Below, one piece after another: positions 39,602 to 50,975 of a DNA stretch of 64,000 bases. The stretch covers positions 60,391 to 124,390 of the forward strand of contig CAVXGQ010000005.1 in the NCBI GenBank assembly GCA_963761425.1. Direction: 5' to 3'. Within the stretch, counting starts at the first letter, position 1, and every line of letters starts with the position of its first letter. The notes below the pieces were generated by a model. That model was not told where the DNA came from. It ran no database searches and saw nothing but the letters and a program-made list of their open reading frames with translations. Origin of the DNA: an uncultured Acidimicrobiaceae bacterium. GTDB taxonomy: Bacteria > Actinomycetota > Acidimicrobiia > Acidimicrobiales > Bog-793. A program made the translations under genes and the position numbers.

Positions 39602-42297
39602 GCGAGCCAGCCCGCCAAGAGCTCGGCCGGCTCCCGGTCGTCAATCTGACGATCGACGGACGCCCGGTCGAGGCCTCACCGGGAGAGCTCATCATCGAGG
39701 CCGCGGAGCGAGCGGGGATCTTCATCCCGCGTTTTTGCTACCACCCACGTATGGCCCCGGTCGGTATGTGCCGGATGTGTCTCGTCGAGGTGTCCGGGCT
39801 GCGCGGATTCGTGCTGCAGCCGGCCTGCTTCCTTACGGTGGCCGAAGGCCAGGAGGTGCGCACCGCTTCGCCCAAGGCGGTCAAGGCCCAGCAAGGCGTG
39901 CTCGAATTCCTGCTCATCAACCACCCGCTCGACTGCCCGGTTTGCGACAAGGGAGGGGAGTGCCCGCTGCAGGACCAGGCCCTCTCGCACGGGCCGGGGG
40001 AGAGCCGGTTCGTCGAGGACAAGCGACACTGGGCGAAGCCGATCGAGATCGGCCCGCTCGTTCTGCTCGACCGGGAGCGCTGCATCCAGTGCGCCCGCTG
40101 CACGCGCTTCGCCGAGGAGATCGCCGGAGAGCCGCTCATCAACCTGGCCTTTCGCACCGATGCCGTCGAGGTCGCGACCTTCCCCGAGCAGCCCTTCGGC
40201 TCCTACTTCGCTGGCAACACCATCCAGATCTGTCCGGTCGGCGCCCTCACCGCCCCCGCCTACCGGTTCAAGGCGCGCCCCTGGGATCTCGAGCAGGTCG
40301 AGACGACCTGCACCACCTGCGCGGTGGGTTGCCGCGTGGTGGCGCAGTCGTCGGCGGGACAGCTGGTGCGGTATCTCGGCGTCGACTCGGATCCGGTGAA
40401 CCAGAGCTGGATGTGCGACAAGGGCCGTTATGCCTTCGAGGCGATCCACTCGCCGAACCGTCTCTGCTTCCCGGCTCTCGAGCACCACGACACGCAGGTC
40501 CCGGTCGCCTGGCACGAGGCGCTCGACGAGGCCACGGCGGCGATTCGCCACGCCCACCGGATAGGCGGACCGGAGTCCGTCGGGATCCTCGGCGGGTCCC
40601 AGTTCTCGAACGAGGACGCCTACGCCTGGGCCAAGCTCGCCAAGGCGGTGCTCGGCACGGATTCGATCGACGCGCAGCTCGGCGACGGGCTCCCGGCCGA
40701 GGCGGTTCTCGGCCTGCCGCACGCGACCATCGACGAGGTAGCTGGGGCCAAGGCCGTCATCACGCTGTCGGGCGACCTGAAAGAGGAGTTGCCGGTGCTC
40801 TTCCTGCGCCTCCGGCGGGCCGCGCTGGCGGGCGTGCCGATCATCGAGTGTTCGACCGCCGCCACCGCGCTCACCCCCTACGCGCGGCAACGACTCGCCT
40901 ACCTCCCGGGTCGGATCGCCGGTGTGGTGGCGGCGCTGACCGGCCCCTCTCGGGCCTCGCCGCCGACCGGGGTCGACCCGTTGGCGCTGGCGGCCTCACG
41001 GGATCTGCTCCGGTCGCTCGGCGACGGAGGTGAAGGACTTGTCGTCTTGTACGGACGGCCGTCGCTCGCCGAATCGGCGGCGACTGTCGCCGAGGCGGCG
41101 TGGGCGATCGGCCGGGCCTTCCCCGGCGCCCGCTACCTGCCGGCACTGCGTCGGGGGAACCTGCACGGCGCGCTCGACATGGGTCTGGCGCCGGGAATCC
41201 TTCCGGGACGGGTGGCGCTGGAAGACGGTCGGGTCGCCTTTACGGCCGTCTGGGGGTCGCTGCCCTCGAGGTCCAGCCGTGACGCCCGCGGCATCCTCGA
41301 GGCGACGGTCGACGGTGGAATCACCACCTTGGTGCTTCTCGGGTGCGACCCGCTGGCCGACTGCGCCGACCGCGCCCTGGCGCGGGCCGCGATCGAGCAG
41401 GTCCAAAGGCTCATTTTCGTGGGAACCCACCCCAACGAGACGAGCGCGCTGGCCCAGGTCGTGCTGCCGGTGGCGGGTGACGGCGAGCGGGGCGGCACTA
41501 CGACGAACTGCGAGGGTCGGGTGACCCGACTGGCGGCCAAGGTGGTGCCACCGGGGATCGCCTGGCCGGCGTGGACGGTGGCGAGCGAGATCGCGCGACG
41601 ACTCGGCGTGCCGCTGGGTCTCGAAGGTGTCGACCAGATCTCGGCCGAGATCGCCCGGGTGGCGCCGGCCTACCGGGGGGTAGACGCGGCGCTGCTCGGA
41701 GGGCCGGACCGTCGCGACGGCGTCGTCGTGCCGCTCGGTGCCGTGCCGGTCGGCGCCGGCGGTCACCGGCCGGGTCCGATCGATCCCATTGCGACGCCAG
41801 GGATCCTGTCGGTCGAGGAGCAGGGCGCCCCGCTCGACCTCGGTTCGGCACGGCCACCCGGAGCCGACGGCGAGGAGGCCGGGCTCGTGGCCGCGGTGAG
41901 GGATGGGACGAGACCACCGCTCCTCACCTACTCTCCGGGTCGGGCGCCGGTGCCGGCCGACGAGGCGGAAGATGGTGCCTACCGTCTCGTCGTGCGCCGG
42001 ACGCTCTATGACCGGGAGACCGCGGTGGTGGAGAGCCCGTCGCTCGCGCCGTTGGTGGCCAAGCCGGCGGTGTTCGTCCACCCCTCGGCGCTCGACGAGA
42101 TCGGCGTGGTGGTCGGGGAGACGATCATCGTGCGCAATTCCCGCGACTCGTTGAGCCTGCCCGTCGCCGTCGACGATTCCCTGCCGCACAAGGTCGCGCT
42201 CCTCGTCGCCAACCTGGTCGGGCCGACCGAGCACGGTGCGAACTCGCTCATCGACTCGGCCCAGGTCTCAACGCAAGTCTGGTTGGAGAGGGCGTGA
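39598..42297 (+). CDS. nuoG: NADH-quinone oxidoreductase subunit G
   Basis: ATG 39598 overlaps the nuoF stop. IPRFCYHPRMAPVGMCRMCLVEV, NHPLDCPVCDKGGECPLQD, RCIQCARCTRF, then a molybdopterin-like domain. Confidence 0.95.
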   Translation: MSEPARQELGRLPVVNLTIDGRPVEASPGELIIEAAERAGIFIPRFCYHPRMAPVGMCRMCLVEVSGLRGFVLQPACFLTVAEGQEVRTASPKAVKAQQGVLEFLLINHPLDCPVCDKGGECPLQDQALSHGPGESRFVEDKRHWAKPIEIGPLVLLDRERCIQCARCTRFAEEIAGEPLINLAFRTDAVEVATFPEQPFGSYFAGNTIQICPVGALTAPAYRFKARPWDLEQVETTCTTCAVGCRVVAQSSAGQLVRYLGVDSDPVNQSWMCDKGRYAFEAIHSPNRLCFPALEHHDTQVPVAWHEALDEATAAIRHAHRIGGPESVGILGGSQFSNEDAYAWAKLAKAVLGTDSIDAQLGDGLPAEAVLGLPHATIDEVAGAKAVITLSGDLKEELPVLFLRLRRAALAGVPIIECSTAATALTPYARQRLAYLPGRIAGVVAALTGPSRASPPTGVDPLALAASRDLLRSLGDGGEGLVVLYGRPSLAESAATVAEAAWAIGRAFPGARYLPALRRGNLHGALDMGLAPGILPGRVALEDGRVAFTAVWGSLPSRSSRDARGILEATVDGGITTLVLLGCDPLADCADRALARAAIEQVQRLIFVGTHPNETSALAQVVLPVAGDGERGGTTTNCEGRVTRLAAKVVPPGIAWPAWTVASEIARRLGVPLGLEGVDQISAEIARVAPAYRGVDAALLGGPDRRDGVVVPLGAVPVGAGGHRPGPIDPIATPGILSVEEQGAPLDLGSARPPGADGEEAGLVAAVRDGTRPPLLTYSPGRAPVPADEAEDGAYRLVVRRTLYDRETAVVESPSLAPLVAKPAVFVHPSALDEIGVVVGETIIVRNSRDSLSLPVAVDDSLPHKVALLVANLVGPTEHGANSLIDSAQVSTQVWLERA

Positions 42298-43514
42298 TGG
42301 GCGATCCCCTCTTCTCCCATGGCGTCGATCTCGGTGTGGTGGTGATCGTGCTGGTCAAGGCGGTCATCGCCTTCGGGCTCCTGCTCGTCTCGGTGATGCT
42401 GATGATCTGGTTCGAGCGCAAGGTGCTCTCGGACATGCAGAACCGCATCGGGCCGAACCGGGCGGGGAAGTTCGGGATCCTCCAGACGCTCGCCGACGCA
42501 ACGAAGCTGTTCTTTAAAGAGGACCTGCTGCCCGAGCGGGCGGACCGGGTGGTGTTCCGTCTCGCCCCCTTCCTCGCGGTCGTGCCCGCTTTCCTCATCT
42601 TTGCCGTCGTCCCGGTCGGCGGGGTCGTGACCATCGCCCATCACGTCGTCGAGCTCCAGGTGGCCGACCCGCCCATCGGCATCCTTTTGGTGCTGGCGCT
42701 GTCTTCGGTCGCCGTGTACGGCGTGATGCTCGCCGGGTGGTCGTCGGGATCGAAGTATCCGCTCCTCGGCTCGGTGCGGGCCTCGGCGCAGATGATCTCC
42801 TACGAGGCGGCGCTGGGGCTCACCGTGGTGACCGTCATCTTGGAGTCGCACGGGCTTTCCACGCGGGCGATCGTCAACTCCCAGGCCCAGTACTTCTGGC
42901 ACTGGAATGTCCTGCGACTGTGGTTCGTGCCATTCGCGATCTTCTTCATCGCCGGGACCGCCGAACTCAACCGGCCCCCCTTCGACCTCGCCGAGGGCGA
43001 CACCGAGCTCGTCGGCGGGTTCCACACCGAGTACTCGTCGATCCGTTTCGCCATGTTCTATCTGGCCGAGTTCATGAACACGATCACCATGTCGGCGGTC
43101 GTGGTGACCTTGTTCTTCGGCGGACCCGACGGTCCCGGATTCCACGTGGTGCGCTGGCTCTGGCCAATTCTGTGGTTCCTGGGCAAGACGGTGGTGTTCT
43201 TGTACGTCCAGGTGTGGATCCGCGCCGCCCTCCCGCGGCTCCGCTACGACCAGTTGATGAACCTCGGGTGGAAATGGCTCATCCCGCTCTCGCTCGGCTG
43301 GCTCCTGCTCGTAGCGGCGGCCCAGGTCTCCAGGGACTGGGGCTACGGCGTTCTCGGGGGGGTCGTCTTCGGCGGGCTTCTGCTCGCCCAGGCCCGGGCC
43401 ACCTCTCGTCGCCGTCGCGAAGGCCTCGTTGCCGTAGGCCTGGTGTCACCGGGGGATACCGGCGGCCTCGCCGTCGCCCCCACGGCAGCCGACCGGCCTT
43501 CGGTGGAGAGCTGA
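42294..43514 (+). CDS. nuoH: NADH-quinone oxidoreductase subunit H
   Basis: ERKVLSDMQNRIGPNRAGKFGILQTLADATKLFFKED, GWSSGSKYPLLGSVRA, FDLAEGDTELVGGFHTEYS. Confidence 0.95.
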   Translation: MMGDPLFSHGVDLGVVVIVLVKAVIAFGLLLVSVMLMIWFERKVLSDMQNRIGPNRAGKFGILQTLADATKLFFKEDLLPERADRVVFRLAPFLAVVPAFLIFAVVPVGGVVTIAHHVVELQVADPPIGILLVLALSSVAVYGVMLAGWSSGSKYPLLGSVRASAQMISYEAALGLTVVTVILESHGLSTRAIVNSQAQYFWHWNVLRLWFVPFAIFFIAGTAELNRPPFDLAEGDTELVGGFHTEYSSIRFAMFYLAEFMNTITMSAVVVTLFFGGPDGPGFHVVRWLWPILWFLGKTVVFLYVQVWIRAALPRLRYDQLMNLGWKWLIPLSLGWLLLVAAAQVSRDWGYGVLGGVVFGGLLLAQARATSRRRREGLVAVGLVSPGDTGGLAVAPTAADRPSVES

Positions 43515-43517
43515 CCG

Positions 43518-44210
43518 ATGGGCGTCTTCGGCCAGACCAATTTCTTCGGTGGATTCTTGGTGGCGGCCAAGCAGGTGCTGCGGCCGCGGGTGACGACCGA
43601 GTACCCCGCCGTGAAGCGGCCGAAGCCCCCACGGCTGCACGGGCGTCACGTCCTCAACCGGTACGAGGACGGAATGGAGAAATGCATCGGCTGTGAGCTC
43701 TGCGCCGCGGTGTGCCCGGCCGACTGCATCTACGTGCGCGGCGCCGACAATCCGGTCGACGCGCCGGTCTCGCCCGGCGAGCGTTACGGCTTTGTGTACG
43801 AGATCAACTACCTCCGCTGCATCCACTGCGACCTCTGCGTCGAGGCGTGTCCGACCGAGGCGATCACCGAGTCGAAGCTGTTCGAGTTCTCCTTCACTAG
43901 CCGGGCCGACGCCATCTACACGCGAGACGAGCTCCTCGTCGCCGAGGACGGCAAGCCCCGCCGGTTGCCGTGGGAGGACTGGCGGGAAGGTGAAGACCGC
44001 TTCACCTCCGGTTGGATGCGGGCGACCTCCCCATCGGGCGCCGCCAGCTACGAGGGCCAGGTGCAGTGGTCGGGCGAGCTCGGCTACGGCGTGCGGCCGG
44101 CAGAGGCGGGCCAGACCGGCGAGCGTGACGACGAGGCGACCGGCAACATCTCGATCCGGGAGACCCAGCGCAAGAAGATCCCGGTGCGCTTCGGCGGGAG
44201 GAGGCGCTGA
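43518..44210 (+). CDS. nuoI: NADH-quinone oxidoreductase subunit I
   Basis: Two ferredoxin motifs, [12 protein letters not shown] and [12 protein letters not shown]. Confidence 0.95.
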   Translation: MGVFGQTNFFGGFLVAAKQVLRPRVTTEYPAVKRPKPPRLHGRHVLNRYEDGMEKCIGCELCAAVCPADCIYVRGADNPVDAPVSPGERYGFVYEINYLRCIHCDLCVEACPTEAITESKLFEFSFTSRADAIYTRDELLVAEDGKPRRLPWEDWREGEDRFTSGWMRATSPSGAASYEGQVQWSGELGYGVRPAEAGQTGERDDEATGNISIRETQRKKIPVRFGGRRR

Positions 44211-44827
44211 TGGCCGGGGCGCTTTTCGCCACCGTGTCGTTGCCGGATCTGGCGACGTTTCTCATCGCCGCGGTGATCTGTGTCGCCGGTTCGCTCGGCG
44301 TGGTCTTGGGGCGCAATCCCGTCCATGCCGCGCTCAGCCTGGTGATGACGCTGCTCGGCGTGGCGGTGCTTTTCGTGGAGGAGAACGCCCAGTTCCTCGC
44401 GGCGGTGCAGATCATCGTCTACACGGGCGCGATCGTCGTTCTGTTCCTGTTCGTCATCATGCTGCTCGGCGTCGACCGCCAGGAGCGGGTGTTGGTGGAC
44501 CAATTCCGCGGCCAACACCTCCTCGCCATGGCCCTCGGGGCCCTGGTCCTCGCCGAGGTGCTGTTGCTCGGCACGGGACACTGGACGACCGGTGCCCACT
44601 CGACGACCGGGGCGCTCAGCCGTCCCCTGTCGAACGTCGCCCAGCTCGGCCGGGCCATCTTCACCACCTACCTGTTGCCGTTCGAGATCACCTCGGCGCT
44701 GCTCGTCGTGGCGGTGGTGGCGGCGGTGGTGCTCGCCCGGCGTTTCGACCGTCCACTCGACGAAGCCGATCCGCCGACGGAGCCACACTCCGGGGCTCCC
44801 GACGAGGACGAGGTGACCAGCCGATGA
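44210..44827 (+). CDS. nuoJ: NADH-quinone oxidoreductase subunit J
   Basis: Hydrophobic; [20 protein letters not shown]...[28 protein letters not shown]. Confidence 0.9.
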   Translation: MAGALFATVSLPDLATFLIAAVICVAGSLGVVLGRNPVHAALSLVMTLLGVAVLFVEENAQFLAAVQIIVYTGAIVVLFLFVIMLLGVDRQERVLVDQFRGQHLLAMALGALVLAEVLLLGTGHWTTGAHSTTGALSRPLSNVAQLGRAIFTTYLLPFEITSALLVVAVVAAVVLARRFDRPLDEADPPTEPHSGAPDEDEVTSR

Positions 44828-45129
44828 CCATCGACGGCGCCTGGTACCTGACGCTGGCGGCGGTGATGTTCAGCATCGGGGCGGTCGGCGTGCTCATCCG
44901 GCGCAACGTGCTGGTCATGTTCATGTGCATCGAGCTGATGCTGAACGCGGCGAACCTCACCTTCGTCACGTTCTCCCGGGAGCTGAACGACATCGCCGGC
45001 CAGGTCGCGGTGTTCTTCGTGCTGGTCGTAGCGGCGGCCGAGGTCGTCGTCGGTCTGGGGATCATCGTCGCCATTTTCCGGCGGCGGGTCGGGGCGACGG
45101 CAGACGACCCCCACGAGCTGAGGGGCTGA
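44824..45129 (+). CDS. nuoK: NADH-quinone oxidoreductase subunit K
   Basis: ATG 44824 overlaps the nuoJ stop. [30 protein letters not shown]...[17 protein letters not shown]. Confidence 0.9.
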   Translation: MTIDGAWYLTLAAVMFSIGAVGVLIRRNVLVMFMCIELMLNAANLTFVTFSRELNDIAGQVAVFFVLVVAAAEVVVGLGIIVAIFRRRVGATADDPHELRG

Positions 45130-45136
45130 GGCCGCC

Positions 45137-47023
45137 GTGCTCCATCTCGCCTACCTCATCCCGCTGCTGCCGCTCGGCGGGTTCGCCATCCTGCTCTCGT
45201 TCGGTCGGCGGATCGGCAACCCGGTGGCGGGCTGGATCGCGACCGTGGCGGTGGCGGGGGCGTTCGTCATCTCGGTGATCGTCCTGGTGGCGTTGTTCGG
45301 GCACGCGCCCGATCAGCGGGTGTTCACCCAGCACTGGTTCACCTGGCTGACGGTCGACCGACTCAGCATCGGAGTCGGGCTGCGGATCGACCCGCTGTCG
45401 GTCACCATGGCGCTGTTCGTCACCGGCGTCGGCGCGCTGATCCACCTGTACTCGATCGGCTACATGGAGCACGACGAGGACTTCGCCAAGTTCTTCACCT
45501 ACCTCAACCTCTTCGTCTTCTCCATGCTCATGCTGGTTCTGGCGAGCAACCTCGTCATCACCTTCTTCGGGTGGGAAGGGGTCGGCGTCTGCTCGTACCT
45601 GCTCATCGCGTTCTGGTTCCGTCGTCCGGCGGCGGCGAGCGCCGGCAAGAAGGCGATGATCTACAACCGCATCGGGGACGCAGGCTTCTTGGTGGCGCTG
45701 TTCCTCATCTTCGAACGCACCGGGAGCCTCGACTACGCGACCGTGTTCGCCCGGCTCGGTCGCGTCTCCAGCGCGGACCTGGTGGCGATCGCCCTGTTGT
45801 TGTTCCTCGGGGCGGTGGGCAAGTCGGCGCAGATCCCTCTGTTCCCCTGGCTAGCCGACGCGATGGAGGGCCCGACGCCGGTCTCCGCGCTGATCCACGC
45901 CGCGACGATGGTGACGGCGGGCGTCTATCTCATGTGCCGGATCAACCCGATCCTCCACGCCGCGCCGGTGGCGGGACACGTCGTGGCGTGGGTCGGGGTC
46001 CTGACCGCCTTGGTCGCGGCGACGATCGGCTGCGCCCAGACCGACATCAAAAAGGTCCTCGCCTACTCGACGGTTTCCCAGCTCGGCTACATGTTCCTGG
46101 CCGCGGGCTGCGGGGCCTACGTGGCGGCGATCTTCCTCATGCTCGCCCACGCCTTCTACAAGGCGCTGCTGTTCTTGTCAGCGGGATCGGTCATCCACGC
46201 CCTCGACGGCGAGCAGGACCTGAAGAAGATGGGGTCGCTGCGGACCTTGATGCCGGTCACCGCGGTCTGCTTCTTCGTCGGGTGGCTCTCGATCGCCGGG
46301 GTGCCGCCGTTCAGCGGCTTCTGGGCGAAGAGCGACGTGCTGGAGAACGCCTGGGCCGTCAGCCCGGCCCTGTGGGTGATCGGAGCCGTGACGGCGATCC
46401 TCACCGCCTACTACATGGGCCGCGAGTTCTTCCTCGTGTTCATGGGCGATCGCCGATGGGAGGATGCCAGGCCCGGGGGACGGTCTCCCGGGGACCCGGG
46501 TTGGGTGATGGGCGTTCCGGTGCTGGTGCTGGCAGCGTGCTCGTTTCTCGGGCTGTTCATCGATCTGCCGTTCCACCCGACGTGGACCTTCCTCGAACGT
46601 TGGCTGCGACCCGTCGTCGGCGCCAACCTCGCCGTCCACCATTTCGGCCTCGCCGAGCTCTGGGGCTTCGGGCTCGCCGACGTGGCCTTCGCGCTGGTCG
46701 GCATCGCCATGGCGGCCGCGGTGTGGCGGGTGGCCGTGAACCGCCCGAAGCTCGAACCCCGTTTCCTTTTCATGGCCTGGTTCATCGACTGGAGCTACGA
46801 CCGCTTCGTGGCGCGTCCGGGGACGGCCATCTCGTCGTTCGCCTCGTCGGTCGTTGACGGAAGGGTGATCGACGGCGCGGTGGAGGGGGTCGCGAAGCTC
46901 ATCCGGGCCGGGGGCGACCGGCTGCGGCGTGCCCAGTCCGGCTACCTACGGACCTACGCCCTCACCATCTTCGGCGGGATCGTCATCATCGTGGCCTATC
47001 TGGTGACGAGGGCCGGGTCATGA
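45137..47023 (+). CDS. nuoL: NADH-quinone oxidoreductase subunit L
   Basis: [55 protein letters not shown]. Confidence 0.95.
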   Translation: MLHLAYLIPLLPLGGFAILLSFGRRIGNPVAGWIATVAVAGAFVISVIVLVALFGHAPDQRVFTQHWFTWLTVDRLSIGVGLRIDPLSVTMALFVTGVGALIHLYSIGYMEHDEDFAKFFTYLNLFVFSMLMLVLASNLVITFFGWEGVGVCSYLLIAFWFRRPAAASAGKKAMIYNRIGDAGFLVALFLIFERTGSLDYATVFARLGRVSSADLVAIALLLFLGAVGKSAQIPLFPWLADAMEGPTPVSALIHAATMVTAGVYLMCRINPILHAAPVAGHVVAWVGVLTALVAATIGCAQTDIKKVLAYSTVSQLGYMFLAAGCGAYVAAIFLMLAHAFYKALLFLSAGSVIHALDGEQDLKKMGSLRTLMPVTAVCFFVGWLSIAGVPPFSGFWAKSDVLENAWAVSPALWVIGAVTAILTAYYMGREFFLVFMGDRRWEDARPGGRSPGDPGWVMGVPVLVLAACSFLGLFIDLPFHPTWTFLERWLRPVVGANLAVHHFGLAELWGFGLADVAFALVGIAMAAAVWRVAVNRPKLEPRFLFMAWFIDWSYDRFVARPGTAISSFASSVVDGRVIDGAVEGVAKLIRAGGDRLRRAQSGYLRTYALTIFGGIVIIVAYLVTRAGS

Positions 47024-48612
47024 CCCGGCACGTGGTCGTGTTGAGCCTGGCGGCGGTCGCCGACCAACGCGCCTTCCCGTTCCTCACGGTGCTCGTCCTT
47101 CTTCCGGTCGGGGCGGCGGTCGCCGCCCTCCTGCTTCCCCGCCGGGCCAGCTGGGCGATACGAACCGTTGGCTTGCTGGGGACCTTCGGCGTGCTGGGCC
47201 TCGCCGCGGCGGTGCTCGACGAGTTCCAGTCCGGCTTCGGCGGCTACCAGATGGTCTCGGATCACCCCTGGATCGGCTCGCTGGGGATCTCGTGGAATCT
47301 CGGCGTCGACGGGATCTCGCTGTTTTTGGTGTTGCTCTCGGCGTTGCTCTTCGTGCTGGCCTTGGTTGGCGCGGGGGAGCGGTCCAACGTGAAGTCGTTC
47401 ACGGTTTGGATCCTCCTCCTCGAAGCGGCCTGTCTCGGGAGCTTTCTGTCGCTCGACCTTCTGATGTTCTTCCTGTTCTTCGAGACGACGCTCGTGCCGG
47501 TGTACTTCATCATCGGCGGCTGGGGCCACGAGCGACGGAACCACGCCGCGATGAAGTTCTTCATCTACACCTTCACGGGCTCGGCGGTGATGCTGGTCGG
47601 CATCCTGACGCTGGTCTCCATCCACGAGGGACAGACCGGGGTGACGACGTTCGACATCCGCCAGCTCGCCGAGACCCATCTGAGCGGGGCCGCCGGGGTG
47701 CTGCTGCTGCTCGCCTTCACCGCCGCCTTCGCGGTCAAGGCACCGATCTTCCCCTTCCACACCTGGTCGCCCGACGCTTATCGGGAGGCCCCAGTCGCCG
47801 GTTCGGTGCTGCTGGCGGGCATCACCGCCAAGCTCGGCACCTACGGCATCGTCCGGTTCGACCTCGGCCTGTTCCCCCACGCCGTGGTGGTCCTGGCGCC
47901 GGTGTTCTTAACGCTCGGCGCGGTCGGCATCATCTACGGGGCGCTCGTTGCCGCGGTGCAAAAAGACCTGAAGCGCCTGGTCGCCTATTCATCGCTCGCG
48001 CACATCGGCTTCATCGTGGTCGGTGCCTTCGCCCTCACCGGCGAGGCGGTCTCGGGCGCCGTCCTCCAGATGCTGAACCACGGGATCATCATCGCGGCCC
48101 TCTTCTTGCTCGTGGCGATGATCCACCGGCGGCGCCAGACGATGTCGGTCGCCCATCTTGGCGGGCTCCAGAAGCGGGCGCCGGTGATGGCGGCGATCTT
48201 CACCGTCGTCGCGCTGGCCTCGATCGGTGTTCCGGGCCTCAACGGCTTCGTCGGCGAGTTCCTCATCCTCGCCGGCACCTTCATCACCCACCGGTGGTGG
48301 GCGGTGGTGGCGACGGCCGGGGTCGTGCTGGCCGCGGTCTATCTGCTCTGGGCCTACCAGCAGATCTTCCACGGTCCCGAGCGGGAGTCCGAGCGCGGCA
48401 AGCCTTTCCGCGAGATCACCTGGCGGGAGGGCGCCGTCATGGCGCCGCTACTCCTGCTCATCGTGTTCTTAGGCGTCTATCCCAAGCCGGTGCTCGACCG
48501 GATCACTCCTTCGGTCGACCAGCTGGTCACCCACATCGAGCAGGTGGCGCACCCCACCATCCCCAAGGTCGGCCAGCCTGAGCTCACCGTCCGGCCGGAG
48601 GGGACGAAGTGA
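47020..48612 (+). CDS. nuoM: NADH-quinone oxidoreductase subunit M
   Basis: FFLFFETTLVPVYFIIGGWG, AVKAPIFPFHTWSPDAYREAP, VAYSSLAHIGF. Confidence 0.95.
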   Translation: MTRHVVVLSLAAVADQRAFPFLTVLVLLPVGAAVAALLLPRRASWAIRTVGLLGTFGVLGLAAAVLDEFQSGFGGYQMVSDHPWIGSLGISWNLGVDGISLFLVLLSALLFVLALVGAGERSNVKSFTVWILLLEAACLGSFLSLDLLMFFLFFETTLVPVYFIIGGWGHERRNHAAMKFFIYTFTGSAVMLVGILTLVSIHEGQTGVTTFDIRQLAETHLSGAAGVLLLLAFTAAFAVKAPIFPFHTWSPDAYREAPVAGSVLLAGITAKLGTYGIVRFDLGLFPHAVVVLAPVFLTLGAVGIIYGALVAAVQKDLKRLVAYSSLAHIGFIVVGAFALTGEAVSGAVLQMLNHGIIIAALFLLVAMIHRRRQTMSVAHLGGLQKRAPVMAAIFTVVALASIGVPGLNGFVGEFLILAGTFITHRWWAVVATAGVVLAAVYLLWAYQQIFHGPERESERGKPFREITWREGAVMAPLLLLIVFLGVYPKPVLDRITPSVDQLVTHIEQVAHPTIPKVGQPELTVRPEGTK

Positions 48613-50183
48613 CCCCCGCCCTCCTCCTCGGCGCCGCCAAGGCCTCGGCGATCGCGCTCCCGCACATCGACTACACCGCGATCCTGCCGGAGCTGATCCT
48701 GGTGGGCGGGGTGCTCGCGCTCATCGGGATCTCGGCGGTGACGCCCCGCCAACCTCCCACCGGCGTGTACGCGGCGGCGACCGTCGGGATCTCGGTCGCC
48801 GCGCTCGTCGCCTCGCTGCGGCTGTGGCGAGAGGTCCAGCTCCACGGCGCCTTCACCACCGTCGCCCACTCCATCGACGTCGACGGGTTCGCGGTGTTCT
48901 TCTTGGTCCTCGTCTCGTCGGTGCTCGTGGTGGCGGCCATCCTCGGGGCGGGATACCTGCAGCGCGAGGAGGTCACCGGCTGCGAGTACTACGCGCTCGC
49001 TCTCATCTCGGGATCGGGCGCCATGTTGATGGCCGCGGCCAACGACCTGATCCTCGTGTTTCTGGCCCTCGAGGTGATGTCGATCCCGCTCTACGTGATG
49101 GCCGGTTTCGACCGGCGCCGCGCCACCTCCCAGGAAGCGGCCATCAAGTACTTCGTGCTCGGGGCGTTCTCCTCGGCGGTGTTCGTCTACGGCATCGCGC
49201 TCGTCTACGGCGCGACCGGGTCGACGAACCTGCCGGAGATCGGGGCCTTTCTCGCCCACAACGTCATCACCGCCAACGGGGTTCTGCTGGCGGGGGTGGC
49301 ACTGGTGGCGGTGGGATTCTCGTTCAAAGTGGCGGCGGTGCCGTTCCACATGTGGACGCCCGACGTGTACCAGGGTGCACCGACGCCGGTGACGGGGTTC
49401 ATGGCGGCGATCGCCAAGGCCGGGGGCTTCGCGGCCTTCCTGCGGGTCTTTGTCGCGACCTTCCCCACCTTGCGCGGCGACTGGCAGCCGGTCATCTGGG
49501 CGCTGGCGGCGGTGACGCTGCTCGGCGGCGCCGTCGTCGCCCTGGTCCAGCGGGACGTGAAACGGATGCTGGCCTACTCCTCGATCAACCAGGCCGGGTT
49601 CGTCCTCCTCGGCCTGCAGGCCGCCACGACGCAGGGTGTCGCCGCCAGCTCCTACTACGTCTTCGCCTACGCCTTCATGGTGCTCGGCAGCTTCGCGGTG
49701 GTCGGCGTGGTCGGCGGCAAGGGCGACCGCCGACACGACCTCGAGGCTTATCGGGGCCTCGCGACCCGCAACCCGATGCTGGCGACGGTGTTCGCGGTGC
49801 TGCTACTCGCCCAGGCGGGGGTCCCGTTCACGACGGGGTTCTTCGCCAAGTTCTACGTGGTTGAGGCGTCGGTCGAGGCCCATAGCTACGCCCTGGCGGT
49901 GATCGCCATGGCCTCGGCCGCCATCGCCGTCTTCTTCTACCTCCGGGTGGTGCTCTTGATGTTCGCGACCCAGCCCACCGAGGCGGGCGCCGAAGCGGCG
50001 CTGACGCCTTCATCGGCGGTGGGGGGAGTGGCCACCTTGGTGCGACCGGTGGTCGGGCGGCTGGTGGTGGCCCCGTCGGTGGGGGTGGGGCTGGCGGTGA
50101 GCTTCGGGGTGACGGTGGTGCTCGGTTGCTGGCCGCAACCGCTCATCGACTTCGCGCGGGCTGCCACCCTGATCTTCCACTAG
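48609..50183 (+). CDS. nuoN: NADH-quinone oxidoreductase subunit N
   Basis: FLALEVMSIPLYVMAG, FKVAAVPFHMWTPDVYQGAPTPVTGF, MLAYSSINQAGF. Confidence 0.95.
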   Translation: MTPALLLGAAKASAIALPHIDYTAILPELILVGGVLALIGISAVTPRQPPTGVYAAATVGISVAALVASLRLWREVQLHGAFTTVAHSIDVDGFAVFFLVLVSSVLVVAAILGAGYLQREEVTGCEYYALALISGSGAMLMAAANDLILVFLALEVMSIPLYVMAGFDRRRATSQEAAIKYFVLGAFSSAVFVYGIALVYGATGSTNLPEIGAFLAHNVITANGVLLAGVALVAVGFSFKVAAVPFHMWTPDVYQGAPTPVTGFMAAIAKAGGFAAFLRVFVATFPTLRGDWQPVIWALAAVTLLGGAVVALVQRDVKRMLAYSSINQAGFVLLGLQAATTQGVAASSYYVFAYAFMVLGSFAVVGVVGGKGDRRHDLEAYRGLATRNPMLATVFAVLLLAQAGVPFTTGFFAKFYVVEASVEAHSYALAVIAMASAAIAVFFYLRVVLLMFATQPTEAGAEAALTPSSAVGGVATLVRPVVGRLVVAPSVGVGLAVSFGVTVVLGCWPQPLIDFARAATLIFH

Positions 50184-50200
50184 CCCCGCGCCGGGGAGGT

Positions 50201-50689
50201 TCAGTCGCGGTAGTTGCCGAACTGGAGCGGGATCCCGAGGTCCTCCGCCTTAAGCTCGGCGATCACCGCCTGGAGGTCGTCGCGCTTCTTGCCGAAGACG
50301 CGGACCTGGTCGCCCTGGGACTGGGAGGTCACGCCTTTCCGGTTGAGCTGCTTCACGATCTTGTTGATGCGCCGCGCCTGGTCGGCCGAGATCCCGGCCT
50401 GCAACGCGACGTGCTGGCGGACGCTGCCCTTGGCGGCCTCCTCGACCTTGCCGTAGGAGAGGGCCTTCAGCGATACCTGGCGCCGCACCAGCTTCTCCTC
50501 GAGCACCTGGGTGAGGGCGAGCAGTCGGTCCTCGGTGGGGGCGTTGAGCTCGATCTCGTGGGGTTTGAGCTCCAGCGAGCAGTCGGTGTCCTTGAAGTCG
50601 AAGCGGGTCGCCACCTCCCGTGACGCCTGGTCGACGGCGTTGCGCACTTCCTGAAAGTCGAACTCGGAGGTGACGTCGAAACTCGGCAT
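50201..50689 (-). CDS. yajQ: YajQ-family nucleotide (cyclic-di-GMP)-binding protein (UPF0234)
   Basis: MPSFDVTSEFDFQEVRNAVDQASREVATRFDFKDT... matches the family N-terminus. Convergent with nuoN. Confidence 0.9.
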   Translation of the reverse strand: MPSFDVTSEFDFQEVRNAVDQASREVATRFDFKDTDCSLELKPHEIELNAPTEDRLLALTQVLEEKLVRRQVSLKALSYGKVEEAAKGSVRQHVALQAGISADQARRINKIVKQLNRKGVTSQSQGDQVRVFGKKRDDLQAVIAELKAEDLGIPLQFGNYRD

Positions 50690-50792
50690 GACCACCACGC
50701 TACCGGCGGGAGTCGGCGGACCCCGGCGAAGGCGACGCGACTATGGACCTCCCCCTCCTCGCCCTTCCCTGGGCATCGGATATCCTCGCTTC

Positions 50793-50874
50793 GGGTCGGT
50801 ACCCAAGCGGACAACGGGAGCAGACTGTAAATCTGCTGGCACTGCCTACGTAGGTTCAAATCCTACCCGGCCCA
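50793..50874 (+). tRNA. tRNA-Tyr (anticodon GTA), class II with long variable arm
   Basis: Hand-folded. Acceptor GGGTCGG/CCGGCCC with one G-T pair, 3-bp D stem CCC/GGG, anticodon stem GCAGA/TCTGC. Loop CTGTAAA with GTA at 50827-50829, variable arm GGCA-C-TGCC, T arm GTAGG-TTCAAAT-CCTAC, discriminator A. CCA is not encoded. Confidence 0.9.
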
Positions 50875-50975
50875 CCCGTTCTAACTACCTAGTCAGAGCA
50901 GGTGCCGACACCAGATAACGACACACAGAAAGCTGGATCGGTGCGGGTTGACCGCCAAACTGACCACCAAGCGGT